From Geosiphon pyriformis uo1 (lineage: Eukaryota; Fungi; Glomeromycota): a stretch of DNA of 64,000 nucleotides. The position numbers and the translations under genes were made by a program. Positions within the stretch are counted from its first letter, which is position 1, and every line of letters starts with the position of its first letter. Under the pieces are notes generated by a model. The model had not been told where the DNA came from and searched no databases. It saw only the letters and a list, made by a program, of their open reading frames with translations. This document shows, piece after piece, positions 1-13,700 of this stretch. Location of the stretch: contig JAAOMT010000595.1 of the NCBI GenBank assembly GCA_016748015.1, forward strand, positions 4,282 through 68,281, written 5' to 3'.

Positions 1-6
1 TTATTA

Positions 7-98
<92 letters not shown>

Positions 99-120
99 GT
101 TGTTGTTGTTGTTATTGTTA
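1..120. repeat. (TTA)n microsatellite grading into (TTG)n
   Basis: Direct inspection: TTA run to ~97, then TTG units. Confidence 0.95.
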
Positions 121-969
121 TGTGTAAATATACTGAAAAGACAAAAATTTTCTCTTTTTCTAAAAAAAATCAAAATGTGAATGTGAGAATTGGTTTTGAA
201 AATAAATAAATAAGTGAGGTTAAAGAAAAGAAAAAGAAAAAGAAAAAAAATTATATTTTACTTGAATAAACCGATTTTCTATTGTTTCTTTGGATTTTAT
301 CGAATAAAAAGTTATCATAGAAAATCATTAAATTGTGCAACTTATTAAAATTTTTAAACCTTTCAAAAATCCTTATCTATCATATTCCATTCCATTATAT
401 TTAATATCTTCAAAGGATAATACTAATAATTAATTAATTTATTATGTAAATTTTTTTTATCTATTATTTTATACAGCAGAAATGGAAAATAATTTCTTTT
501 TCTTTTCTTTTTTTCTTTTTTTTTTTAAAGGATATCTACTTCTCTTTTATAAATGGACATTCTTTTTGACGTTATTTTAATGCTTAATTTTCGTTATAAA
601 GATCATTAAAAACAGACACAATGAGCGTCATTGTGCTTTTGAAATGCTCCCATATAGGTGTAAAAAAAACTTTGGGACTTTTTGATCATTGAAAAGTGTG
701 GAATGACCTAATTGAATTTCAATACGATTCAAATGATTTCGATGACAAGTTAATAGAAATTCAATTGAAAAAAAGGAATGATATTTATTTGGGCAAAACT
801 GTGGTGAAACCAGGATTATAGATCACAAACCGTCTTGTGAAACAAACATAAAAACCCAAGTTACCTATTAGAACACCTTTTTTCGATAAATAGAATATTC
901 TCAAAATCATTGGAACTTTTTGACCCCTGGACTCATTTATTCAAAAAAGACGAAAATAAATTATCATCT

Positions 970-1776
970 ATGGATCAAATAGATGTCTCCGGGAACGACT
1001 TACTTCAAATAAATGAAGAGTCCCAAAAACTTTCCGCCCTTCTCATACTTTTTCGTGACCTAAATAATCAATGGACAAAAGATGCCACAATAGCTCAACA
1101 AATCGAAATTTTCCTCTCACAGCAATCCTTCCCCCCTCAAAGATTGATCTCACTTTTAAAAATACGAACCCACGATCCAGAATGTGCATGCTTACTAGCT
1201 CTCTTATATTGTCAAGGTATCGGTACCGAAGAAAAACATGAACTTGCTTTCGACTTGTACAAAAAAACCGCACAAGCAGGCGACTTTCTCGCTCAAATTG
1301 AACTAGGATTATGTTATGAAAATGGTACAGGAACTAAAGTTGACAACATAGCCGCCTTTGACTGGTACCAAAAAGCTAGTGATGCTGGTTTCGGAGGTGG
1401 TCATTGGTTCTTGGGAGTTAGTTATGAGGCCGCAATAGGTGTCTACAAAAATGATGAAAAAGCTTTCGAATTATATCAAAAAGCTATTCAATGTGGATGT
1501 AAACCAGCCGCATTATATATTGCTGGATATTATTTCCGTGGCATTTGGCCAGCGAAAAAAGATAGGCGAAAAGCGTTTCAGTTGGTAAAAATGTCGGCTG
1601 ATTTTGGCTATTCTGATTCATTTACCGTTTTAGGGAGATATTATCATCAAGGATTTTGTGATACCAAGGATATTCATGAGGCGTTGAAAATGTATCGAAA
1701 AGGGTTTGATCGTGCTAACGATCACAATGCCCATCATTTTGTGAGAATGATATTTAAGCAAAACAAGTTCAAATAG
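970..1776 (+). CDS. Sel1-like repeat (SLR/TPR-type) protein, single exon
   Basis: About 5 Sel1 repeats, e.g. AQIELGLCYENGTGTKVDNIAAFDWYQKAS and LGVSYEAAIGVYKNDEKAFELYQKA. First ATG is at 970; the ORF track starts at a TTG at 910. Confidence 0.9.
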   Translation: MDQIDVSGNDLLQINEESQKLSALLILFRDLNNQWTKDATIAQQIEIFLSQQSFPPQRLISLLKIRTHDPECACLLALLYCQGIGTEEKHELAFDLYKKTAQAGDFLAQIELGLCYENGTGTKVDNIAAFDWYQKASDAGFGGGHWFLGVSYEAAIGVYKNDEKAFELYQKAIQCGCKPAALYIAGYYFRGIWPAKKDRRKAFQLVKMSADFGYSDSFTVLGRYYHQGFCDTKDIHEALKMYRKGFDRANDHNAHHFVRMIFKQNKFK

Positions 1777-2713
1777 GAAGTTTTCCTATTACTATTTTTG
1801 AAATGGATTGAAAATTTAGAATATTTTAAATTATAAAGAGGGGGAATAGTTCTTTTAAATATTTTTTTTATATATGTCAACAAGAAAAAGATGATGAAAT
1901 ACCCATCATTTTCAAATTTATATATAATATTATTACAAAAAAATATTTCGTTTATCGATGGCCTCGTGCATAATTGCTGCTTAGGGAGCCATAGAATTGA
2001 AGGTACATACATGTATCTCATATAAAATTGTAAGATTTAGAAATTTATTTTTAATTGATCACGAAAAAAAACCAAATCCGGGAATAGAAATGAATTCAAA
2101 ACTCCTTAAACACTAAGCTAACTAAAAATAAAAATAAAAATAAAATAAAAAGTAATCGTTAATAATTAAAAAAAGATGAAAATAATTTTTCCCCATTTCA
2201 AGAATTTATAACTTTACATTCATTTAACAACATAAATTTTTGGGAAATTTCGAAAAACTTTTGGGCCCCTATACTTTTTTTTTTTTTACTGACTCTTCTC
2301 TAATCAAGTGAGTCCGTATCAAATATTAGACTCTCAATTAATAAAAGATTTTCAATTCTACGATTTTTTGTCTCAACTATTTCCTGAATTCCCCAGTGTT
2401 TTTTATTAATGCTCCGAGCCTTTTATGAAAAAAAGCATCAGAAAGTCTTGGCTATTTTTATTATATTCTTTCTCGAGATTTCATGTTATTTTTAATAATA
2501 TCTCACTTTAATGACCGTAAAAAGTGCTTTCTTTCTAAATACAGAAAATTTAAAGGGTTCAAATTACAAATACAACTTTTTTACCACTCACCTTTCTTAG
2601 CCTATTTAATATTTTAAAAAAATTCAAATATTTCCTCATAAGTAATGGCCATGAGTCTATTTTTGCCCGATAAAAATTAAAAGTACTCCCCTTTTCAAAT
2701 ATTTTCTGAGCCA

Positions 2714-4268
2714 TCATTCACTTTCCATAAATCTTTTTGCCGTTTCGTAAGCAAAAAATGTAGCAGCATTTGCTGGAGCTGCTCGTGCCATTGTTGGACC
2801 AAATCCTTTAAAAAATGTTCGTATTGTTGTTTTTCCCGAATACTTGGCTTGATTAATTAAATCTCGTATACAATCAAGTGTGGAGTTAAACCTGAGTGAT
2901 CAAAAGTTTTTAAAATGAAGAAAGAAAAGTAAAATTATTGTAAATAGAAGCAAGTTTACTTGAGGTTACTTTGCATTCTACTCTTGATAACGTCCTGTGG
3001 ATAACAAGGTATCCAACAAGCAGCTCCTGCAGCTCCACCTGCAAATAACAATTCCCCATTAGAAAGTTGACGGGTAACCCCATCATTATTTTGACTACCT
3101 AGAATTCTTTTGGTTCCTTCGTATACAACTGGGCATTAAAAAAGAAAAATAATAAAAACTGAACTTGTGATAAATAAATTTTCGATAATTGTGTATCAAA
3201 GTTTAAACTCACAGAAGTATGCTGCAAAACTAGGCGTATCTCTTAATACGGTTATCGTAAAGCCGCGATACATTCCAATTATCCCTTTTTTCCTGTAAAT
3301 TTTGATTCCGGCATCTATTACTCCTTTATATTCTGGCTGATATTTAAAAAAAATATATTTCGAATCACATTTGGGATTAATATTTCAAAAGTAAAAAAGC
3401 GATGTTCAGAAAAATTTACTGGTTTTTGGAGTATTTGTTTAGAACTTCCAATCAACATTTTTTGATTTTGAGTTTGCATTTTAACTTTCAGTAATTCTTG
3501 TGGGCAGCTAAAAAAAGCTATTATTGCACCGGTCAATGCACCAGCTGTTGCGATTTCGGCTGAGACAAATTGAATATAGACAAGATATTATTGAACTGAA
3601 TTCGAATGAAAAAATATATTCATAATGTTTAGATAATTTTTTTAAAGATAGCTTACTTAAACTCAAAATACGCATCCTATCCTCGCCTTGTATCAATCGA
3701 CGAAAAAACCCATTGGTACTAAAGAGAACTGCATTACTGGTTGAGAAAAATGCATGATTAGTTTAACAGTTCAAAAGCAAAAGCCTTTAAAAATTTTTTA
3801 GAATAACCAACCAAAACCCTATTCCCATCAAAGGAGACGTGGCTCCTTTATAAAGTCCTCGAAGCTTCATTCAAATATTGAGGAATCTCATCATTCAGAT
3901 CTGACAATAAAATATTCAAATAGTAAATCTTTGCGAGACAAATTTCTCACCCCTTCCTCTCTAACTATGGTTTTGAAAGCGTGCATGGCGTTACGATATT
4001 TTGGAGGCTCTGGTTGAGTTTGCAGATGAACTTTAATTGTATCGAATGGGAAACCTGGGCAGGAATCATGTTGAGCATTTTCAAAAGTTTAGCCAAGCAA
4101 GATATTATTCAAATTTTTTTGACATTATAAAATCATTTGGACCAGCAACTCACCTACAGCTACTTGCGCCACACCACCCATGGTACCTGCCATCATCTCC
4201 TGTAAATATGGGGAAATTTTGATAATCTTTGTTGCGGTTGTTGGCCTTTGAGTTGTAAGTTCGGACAT
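2714..4268 (-). CDS. Mitochondrial carrier family protein (SLC25; carnitine/acylcarnitine or amino-acid carrier-like), multi-exon
   Basis: ATG at 4268 (MSELTTQRP...AGTMGGVAQVAVG). Three Px[DE]xx[KR] signatures lie across GT-AG introns: PFDTIKV, CPQELLKV, YPQDVIKSR. Also GLYKG and FFKGFGPTMARAAPANAATFFAYE. Stop at 2716-2714. Confidence 0.9.
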
Positions 4269-4610
4269 GTTGGTTAAAGCTATCATTAAGGATGTCGCAA
4301 TTAAAAAACGCTTTTCGTGAGTCTAGAAATATCTTGAAATTAATTATTTGAGAAAGAATGTCTCCGATGTATATCATTCATTGTCCAACGAAGGCCATGG
4401 TCATTGATGCACTCAAAGAAGAAAATAATGAAACAAATCCTGAATGGGCAACCATCAATGTTTTTGGCATTATGTATATCGACATTTATGGAATATCATG
4501 GTTTCGAATCTGTCCCCTAATTGCTCTGATCAATCAAATAACAAACCTCAAAAGAGGATGATCGTGTTTATGATTGGGATCACTCGTTCCCTTTGTTTGA
4601 AGAATAAATG

Positions 4611-4662
4611 ATTTCTTAAAAGAGAAAGAATAAATAATTTCTTAAAAGAGAAAGAATAAATA
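4611..4662. repeat. Perfect 26-bp tandem duplication
   Basis: atttcttaaaagagaaagaataaata x2. Confidence 0.85.
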
Positions 4663-7600
4663 ATTTAGGAAATCTCAAAGTTTTTTATATTCTCATTACA
4701 TAAATTTACGCTGCAAAGGATCTTAACTAGTTATAACTTTATGAAACTAGGTATAAATAAATTAAATCCTATTATTTTGTCATTTCTTAATAAAGACTTT
4801 GAACAACTTGAAATGTTTTTATTTGTAACACGATTTTTTTTCGTGGTCAGGTTCTTCGAGTATTTTTCATAACATAAATAGGTGTGCTGCATTTTAAACC
4901 ATTTAACCCGTACAAGTATAAAGTATTGTGTTTTAAAATAATATTTCTTGAAAAGAAATATTATTGGAAACAAGATCTTTATATCCATATAATATTTTAT
5001 TGTAATTAAATTATGTGTTTTCGTTCATATTTACATTTTTTCAGACTAAACCCCACCAACTTCCACTAAAACTTTTCATAGTATAAATGACCTTCCTATT
5101 GGTTTCCAATAGAATTGTCCAAAAATTTCAAAATCTCACTGCAATGAGGCGCCCACACGGAAACCTTTAGTAAAAGGCGAAAGGTTTATACGCATGCGAG
5201 CACCTCGTGAGAAAGGTAAGGATCTCAATAGGGAACCATGGTTGATATTTATAGATAATCGAATCCTTGAGACCGTATTTGGCAAATTGTGGGATACTGG
5301 AATTTCGCAGAAAATTGATTGGGTAGGAATTAAGATCAGATTTTTAGCCAGAGTTACGTACTAACAATTAATAGCGCTGGTGGCATTAATACTAAAAAAC
5401 ATCACAACTGCGATTTATTATATTAAAACCTGTTTTTTGTATTTATAAAAAATATCAATATTTAAATAATAGTTATATAATATAAAAGTAATATTAAATT
5501 TATTTATTGATAAAAATTAATTATAAAATAAATAAAGTATTGTATTAAATATATATTTTAATAGTTTTTTAAAACTAAAATAAATTTTTTTTTTAAATTA
5601 ATGTTTCTTACAATAATTAAATTATTATTAAATATTAATAGGTATAATTTAACTATAATATATTTTTATAATAAAAAATAAAATATAATAAAAACAATAT
5701 TTATTATATATTATAAACAGATTTTTTATCTTATTAATAATATATTTTAAATTTGTACTATATTTAACAATTTTATTTAATTAAATTTTGGTTTTTTTTT
5801 ATATATTTTATATTTTAATTTTGAAATTTTTATAAATTACAAATAAATTAACAAATAATGTTTAATAAAAATTAAAATTATTTTTTATATTTTTATTTAA
5901 ATATAAATTATTTAATTTATTTTTAAAATTATCCAAATTTTTTTATAAAAAACTAAAAATTTTAACCAAATTTTTAATTTAAATAATAATTAAATTTATA
6001 TTTATAAATTTTTTATATTTTATTAATAATTATTATTAATAAATTTAAAAAAAATAATATTTTAAACTTTATTTTTTATTTTTTTCTCTATTTTTTTTAT
6101 TTTTACTATTTTATAAAACACAAATTTTTTGGTTATTTTTTTAGCAGTCATTATTAGTAGTACAATATCTAAAAAAAATTAACTAAAAATATTATCTTGA
6201 ATTTAATAAATAGAAGTTTAATACAAAAATTTAAAATATTAATTGGCAAAATAAACCATTTAAGTAATAAAGCAAATTTAAAATTCAAATTATCTTTGTA
6301 TAATATTGATCAGTTTAAAAACATGAATATTTTTTTAATAACATAATAAAAAACTTAATTATATATAATATTAACTATAATATTAATAATAAAAGTAATA
6401 ATTTCTTATACTTTAATTCTAAGAAAATAGTAATTTTTTTTTAAGTTATGTAATTTTAATTTTAATAATAATAGTAATATTATAAACTTTTTTTTTCTTT
6501 TATTAATTAATTCTATTTTGTATTTATATTTTAAAAAAAAAGTTTTAATTTAATAAAGTTATATATATTAGACATTAACTTCTTGGTTATATTTAATAAG
6601 ATTTTAAATAACAAATTAAAATATATAAAAAACTTTTTTATAATATTAATAGTTTTAAAAATGTATTAACTTTTTCAAAATTTTAAGAAATTATTAAGAA
6701 ATTATTTATATTTAAATCTAATTTTGAAATTATAAAACAATTAATTGTAAAAAAAAATTTTAGTTAATACTAATTTAAAAAAATTAACAATAGATCAAAT
6801 TAAAAAATAATAATTAAGAAAATTTTAGTAAATTTTTTTAAATTAATGATTAAATTAACATTAGTTAAATTTAGCAAAATAGTTTTTATTAAAATATAGC
6901 TTATTAATTTTAGGCAAAAAGTCTTGATTAAGTTTAAAAATTTTGAAGTTATTGATCTAATTACAGTTAAATAGTTAATCTTACTAAGTAAAAATTTGAT
7001 GTAAATTATTAAAGCCAATACTAATAAATATATCTGAAATTTAAAGAACTATTATTGTGTTTTTTTATATATTCTACTAATAGACATAACTGTCCATAAC
7101 TTTTCAAACTTAATTTAATTATATAGTAAGAAAATATGCTTTATTTTTTATAACTTTGTTTTTTATATATAAATATATTATGTAATTATATATTTTAAGT
7201 CTATTATAGTCAAAAATAATACTATTTATTTAATTTCTGTTTTTAAAGATATTAATCTAATTTAGGCTGGTTTAACTTTTTTTAAGTATATTAAACATAA
7301 AAAATTTGATTATATTTTAACTATTTATAATAGTAATTTTAAACTATTTGGTCAAAGTTTAAAATTTTTTTTTCAAAATTAAATAAAAAACATTTTACTT
7401 TTATTTATATTAAAAAATAGACTTTTGTGTTTTATTTAGTTTCTTTTGATAAACTAACATAAATTTTAGTAATAAATAATAGTTTAAAATATATTTTTTT
7501 AAGTTATTTACTGGTGTCTTTTTGGTAAATTTATTGATTGACAGTCCTAAAAAAGTTCTTATTACTTTAAATTTGGCTTTCAAATTAAATATTTTTAAAT

Positions 7601-8038
7601 ATTTTTTAAAGCTTTTGTCTAATTATATTATTAATATTTCTTATAAATTAAATATATATATTTTCTATTATTTTTGAATTATATTGTAAAAATACTTGTT
7701 TTTAATACTATTTTAATATTGAACATAGCTGTTAATAAGCCATTATCTATTTTTTGGTTTTATGTATAATTTTTAATATTTTTTAAAATATGTTTCCTAG
7801 TAAATTCAAAGTTTTAACCATTAAAATTAGTAGTTTAAAAACTAACATGATGGTTTTAAGAAGTTTAATTAAAATTATTATGAATAAACTAAAATTTTTT
7901 AGTTTAGATAATAATATAATATCTTTTTTTTATTCTTAATAAATAGCTTAACTTAAAAAATAACTATATATAATATTAAAAAAATAAATATTTTTATCAA
8001 ACAGAATAATATTATTAGGTAGTATAATAAATTAAATA

Positions 8039-10772
8039 CAGTTAAATTTAAAATAATTCATACTTTTGGTAGATATAAATTATTATAAGTTATTATAAGT
8101 TATGAATTTTTTTAGATTTAAATATATATAGTATATATATAATAAAAATAAATATAATATTATTAAAAAATAAAGTTATTTACATAATTTTATAAGAATT
8201 TTTAAATAGTTTATGTAATATTAAAAAAATTTGTAAGAGTTATTTGTTTTTGTTTATCTTGTATTTTTTTATAAAATATATATTTAATATAAATAAGTTT
8301 ATTAATTATATTATAAAATTTTTTGCTATTTTTAAGTCTTATAAACTGTTTAAAATTTGTAATAATAGTTAATATATTTTTAATACATATTACTTTTTGT
8401 ATTTGTTGTTTTTTATTAGAGTTATTATGCTTTGTTTTACAATTTATTATAATATAATTTGTAATTTTATTATTATTCAGATATTTTAAACTAATTATAT
8501 TGTTTTTTTTAGATAAATTTACCAATTTTTTAATTGATAAATATATATAATTTGGTTATATATAATTGAATTTTTTATAGCAATTTTTAATCTTTTCTAA
8601 TACTAATATTTTCAAGTTTGTAGTTTTATTCTAAAAGTTGTCATTTGTATTGATTAAAAAAATATCAATTCTGTGTTAACAATAAATAATTATTTTATTT
8701 AAAACATTTTTTTATGTTCTATAAATTAAACATATTGCTTAAAGTTAGTTAATTACATAAATTTTATTAGTATTATCATTAAAAAAATTCAATATATGAT
8801 AAAAAATAGTAATAATAATATGTTTTAAAACAATAAATAATTCTAATATTCATAAACTAAATATGTATTATTAAGTTAGATGCAAACTATTTTACATAAA
8901 TATTCGTAATAAATTTTGTATTATAGTTATAATCAGCAAAATTGTTTACTAATAACAATATGTTTTGGTTTTTTTTATGCAGTTAATAATCCCAATTAAC
9001 AAACTACTGTCAATAAATATTACCAATTATTTAAATACAAGTGTTTAAATAATACTAAAAACCAAGTTGCTATTTTGTTTTCTTTTAAAAACAGTTTAAA
9101 TATTTAATATAACCAATAATAAGTAATAGTAAATACTTAGTTTTATTAGTATTAATTATAAAAGCAAGTACTAATAACACTTTTGATTATTTAATATTAT
9201 AATATGATATTATAACAAGATTCTAATTTGGTAATATGACATAAAATAGTATAATTTTATTTATGTTGAAAATATTATATAATTTTTAATTAGCAAAAAA
9301 TATTATTATATGTACTTATTTATCTTTAATATATTTAATATTGACTGATAATATATTACTATAAAAATAAAGTAAATACAATTCAATATAGTCTTTAAAA
9401 CTTTTAAGTTAGTTATTAAATAGTTTTTAATACTTATTTTTTAAAATATTTAATTGATCATAAAACTTTATATTAACAGTTCAAATTATATCTTTAATAA
9501 GTATTATTTTATATAACTTTGTTTTTTAAACAAAAATAATAAATGCTTTATTAAAGTCAAAATTACATATTATGTATATATATTTGTTAATTAAATTATG
9601 TATTATATTTGCTTATGAATAAAAATTTGGTTTATTTTTAATTCAAGCCAAAACTAAAGGCTGTTTTATATATAGAAAACCGTTTTTTAAAGTACATTGC
9701 AGTTTTTAATTGGTTTTTATTATTTGTATAATATTAATTAAACACTATAAACTTATTATAAAGTATAATATTTTCATAATTTTGTAGAATACAAGCTAAA
9801 AAATAGTATGTTTTTTGCTATTAAATATAGTAAAATTAAAAAACAAAAGAAAAGTACAATTAAAACTTTGATTAAATAGAGCTAATCTAAAAATTTGACT
9901 TGATTATTTACACAATTAATAATAATTTAAAACTTAAAACAATTCAAAATTTTGATTTAATTATTCATACAATTAATAATAATTTAGAACTTAAAACAAT
10001 TTAAAACTCCAATTTAATTATTTATACAATTAATAATAATTTAAAACTTGGAACAATTCAAAACTTCAACTTGATTACTTATACAATTAATAATAATTTA
10101 AAACTTAGAATAATTTGAAACTCTGATTTAATTATTCACAAAATTAGTAATAATTTAAAACTTAAGACAATTTAAAACTCTAACTTAATTATTTATATAA
10201 TTAATAATAATTTAGAAATTGGGATAATTTAAAACTTTAACTTAATTATTTACAAGATTAATAATAATTTAAAACTTGAAACAATTTAAAACTCTAACTT
10301 AATTATTAATACAATTAATAATAATTTAAAACTTAAAATAATTTAAAACTATAACTTAATTACTTACAAAATTAGTAATAATTTAAAACTTAAAACAATT
10401 CAAAACTTTAACTTGATTATTTATATATTTGATAATAATTTAAAACTTGAAACAATTTAAAACTCTAACTTAATTACTTATATAATTAATAATTATTTTG
10501 TTGAATAAATAATATTATATTATCATATAGCATTTTTAATTATGAAAATATTAGTTTGTTTTACTGTAATTTTACCAGAATTAACAAAATTTAAACTAAA
10601 TTTAGCACTTAAAATAATCTATATTAATAGTAAAAAGTTATAAATTATTAAGTATTACAAATATAAGTTATAAATATAAAAATTTTTTAACTACCAAATT
10701 AGTAAATTCAAAATATTATAGCTAATTATAAATTATAGATTATTTTAATATTAATTATCTTAAATTTAACTG
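8039..10772 (-). mobile_element. Decayed pogo/Tigger-type (Tc1/mariner) DNA transposon nested in the LINE endonuclease
   Basis: TIRs cagttaaatttaaaataatt (from 8039) and aattatcttaaatttaactg (to 10772) with 1 mismatch in 20. TA flanks both sides. DDE_1-like remnants on the minus strand ~8700-8970 (ILLLVNNF...; QPMD..II..FK-like) and a C-terminal PIP-box-like QKQITLTNFF near 8220-8250. Confidence 0.8.
9890..10495. repeat. 57-bp minisatellite, ~10.5 degenerate copies
   Basis: Anchor caattaataataattt recurs at 9913, 9970, 10027, 10084 and onward, giving a period of 57. Confidence 0.9.
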
Positions 10773-13700
10773 TAATATTTTTTCAATTATTATTAAAATT
10801 AAACTTTGTTTTAACATCAAATCTTAAATTGTGAACAAATTTTCAAATATAAAAGTGTTTATTTTTGGTTTGAATTCTGGATATTTAAGTGCTAATATTG
10901 TTTTAATTGTGAATAAACATTTAATTAAACATGTTTTAAAAATCTTGGAAATTTTTGGTAGATTTTTAATGATCTATTTATTGTTTAAAAACAAATAATC
11001 AGTTTTAGTATTAAAGTTATATATAAATATATCTTTAAAAAAATGTTTGAATCAAGCTATTATTGTTAATTTTTTTATAATTTATGTATACAATAAAAAT
11101 ATTTTTATTATTTAAGAGGTGATTTTAATAAAAATAATATTAAGTATAGTCTTAACTTCAAAAGATATATAAATTTAAATTTAATTAATTTGTTAATTAA
11201 TAGTTTATTTGTTAAGTTTTCTACTTGTAAAAACTCTAAAAACATTAAAAAAACTATTAATTTTATTTTTGTTTTATCTAACTTGGTAAATGTTTTAATA
11301 AACAAAAAAATTACAAATATGAATAAATTTTTTAATATTAATTACAATGTTATTCATATTACTATTAATTTTAATAGTTTTTTAGACTTAATTTTAAGAA
11401 TTTTATACATACAAGTTAATAAAAATTAATGAAATTTTAATTTAAAAAATGTTAATAATGTAAAATAAAAATTATTTAAGATCTTAATACTTAATATTGT
11501 TACTATATTTATTAGTAAAAAAATTATTGGATAGAGATAAATTATAAAATATTGTTTACAAAATAGTTTGTTTTTTAATGAATAAAATATTTTCCAAATT
11601 ATAATTCAAAAAATATAATAATGTTTTCATAAAGTTGTTATCTTATTTTTACAAATTAGAAATTTTGATTTCTAAACTAATTAAGACATTTTACTTAATT
11701 TTAAGTAATATATTTAACTTATTTTTAAAACTTTGGTTTTTATTTAATATTATTAATGCTTTTAATATAAAATATTTATTAATTTAAGTATTTGTTTTAA
11801 TATTATTCAATTTGTTCTGTTAAATACTAGAAAATTATACAGAGTTTTTAAAATAATAGAGTTTTTATATACTAAAAATTACATATTAAATTTGTTATTA
11901 ACAGAAAAATAGAAAGTTTTAAATTAAATAAAGGCTATATTATTTAGAATATTTTAAAGCATCTTTTTTATAAAATAGTATTGAACTATTTAATAATAAT
12001 AAAAATTAGTATTAAAATCTAAGTTGATTAAATCTAAAGTAGATACTATTATAAAAGATTGAACAAAAAAATACAAAATATTAAAAAATATATCCAAAAT
12101 ATGATATTATTAGTATTTTTTGCTTGATTATATTGCTAATAATGCTTTTTTTAATATTATATGTTCTATTAATTTTGATAAATTATTAAATATAATAAAA
12201 AATTTATCTAAAAGAAAAACAACTAGTATTTTAAACAAATTATAAAAGTATTATAATAAAATAGTATTAAATATGTTTTTAAAGCTTTTAAATTTTTGTT
12301 TAGTATATAAATCTAATTTTCAATCTTAAAAAGAGGTTTAAGTTTTAATAATCTCCAAATTATATAAGTAAAAAAGTATTTTAACAAATACTTAATTTAT
12401 TGCTTTGATTAAAACAGCTTGAAAAATTCTTTCTAAGATTTTTTCTAATAAGATTTTTTTAATATATAATAAGTTTAATGTTTTTACAAAGATAATTTTT
12501 TAATATTTAAAAGTATGATAACACAATTTTTCATTTTTATAATTGAATTAGTAGTTAAAAATGCTTTAAAAAAAATTATAAACTTTGGCTAGTTTTGTAA
12601 AATATCCACAAAGCATATAATTTTATAAATTAAAAACATTTAAAATATAGTTTAAATAAAATAAAAATATATAATAAGCTTGTCAAATTTTTTGAAAGTA
12701 TTTATAATAATCATATTAACCAAATTATAATTAATTTTGGCTTAATAAATAGATACTATATTTATAATAAGCTGAATTAGGATAAAATTTTCTGATTTTT
12801 TTTTAATATATTTTTTATAATTTTTTTTTGTATAAAGTTAAAAAATAAAAAAATGTATGTAATTACAAAATTAATTATAAGTTTGTTGCTAAGACTGGTT
12901 AAATTAAAATCTAGGCTGGTTTAATATTATTTTTGGCTATTAGTGTCTTTATTAATAATACAATTTGGATTGAATATAATCAAGCAGTAATTTAATATAT
13001 TTTAAATATAGCAAGTAAATTTTTTTAAATTAATAATATTTTAATTAATAATAACAAAACAGTAGTTATTTTGATAAATTACAAAGTTTTAAATTTTTTT
13101 TGTTAACTAATAGTTTGCTAATTTTTATTACAAAAAAAAGAAATTTTACAAATACTTAAGCATTTTTTGTTAACAAAAAATTTATTAAAGCCTAATTTAG
13201 CAAAAACTTATTTGAATATTAAATTTTTAACTAGTATTATATTAAAAAATCTATCTTTGATAAACAGTTTTTATATTTGGTTTTAATAATATTTTATTTT
13301 ATTGTCAATTATAGAATTCAATTTAATTTTGTTTTTAAAAATATATATAGCAAATAAAACATTATAATTTATAAAAATTTAAAATTAAAATTTTTGTTTT
13401 TAGATTTTTTATGTAATACAATTTATTATTTTTCTTTGTATAGCTTAAAAACTTTTGAACAGATGCAAGCTAAGGGCAAGTTAACTTTTATATTGTATTT
13501 TTCTAATATATATAATATTTTGGATTGCTTATTTAAACATAAATTTTTTAACTTATAAATTTTAAGTTGGTCTTTTTACTATACTTTATGCTTTTTAATT
13601 TGTGTTAAAGTTAGCTTATCTAATAATTTCCAAACAAATGTGGTTTATATTTTTTATAAATATGATTTATTTTTGGTTAATTTTTTATGTTTAGTATTTT

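Noticed and set aside
1-120. Telomeric repeat
   Set aside because: (TTA)n is not TTAGGG-like, and similar arrays occur internally.
5135-5190. Hammerhead ribozyme (CTGCAATGAG...GAAA)
   Set aside because: The core does not match CUGANGA and the three stems cannot be closed.
9890-10495. CRISPR-like array
   Set aside because: Whole 57-bp units repeat with no unique spacers, in a eukaryotic context with no cas genes.
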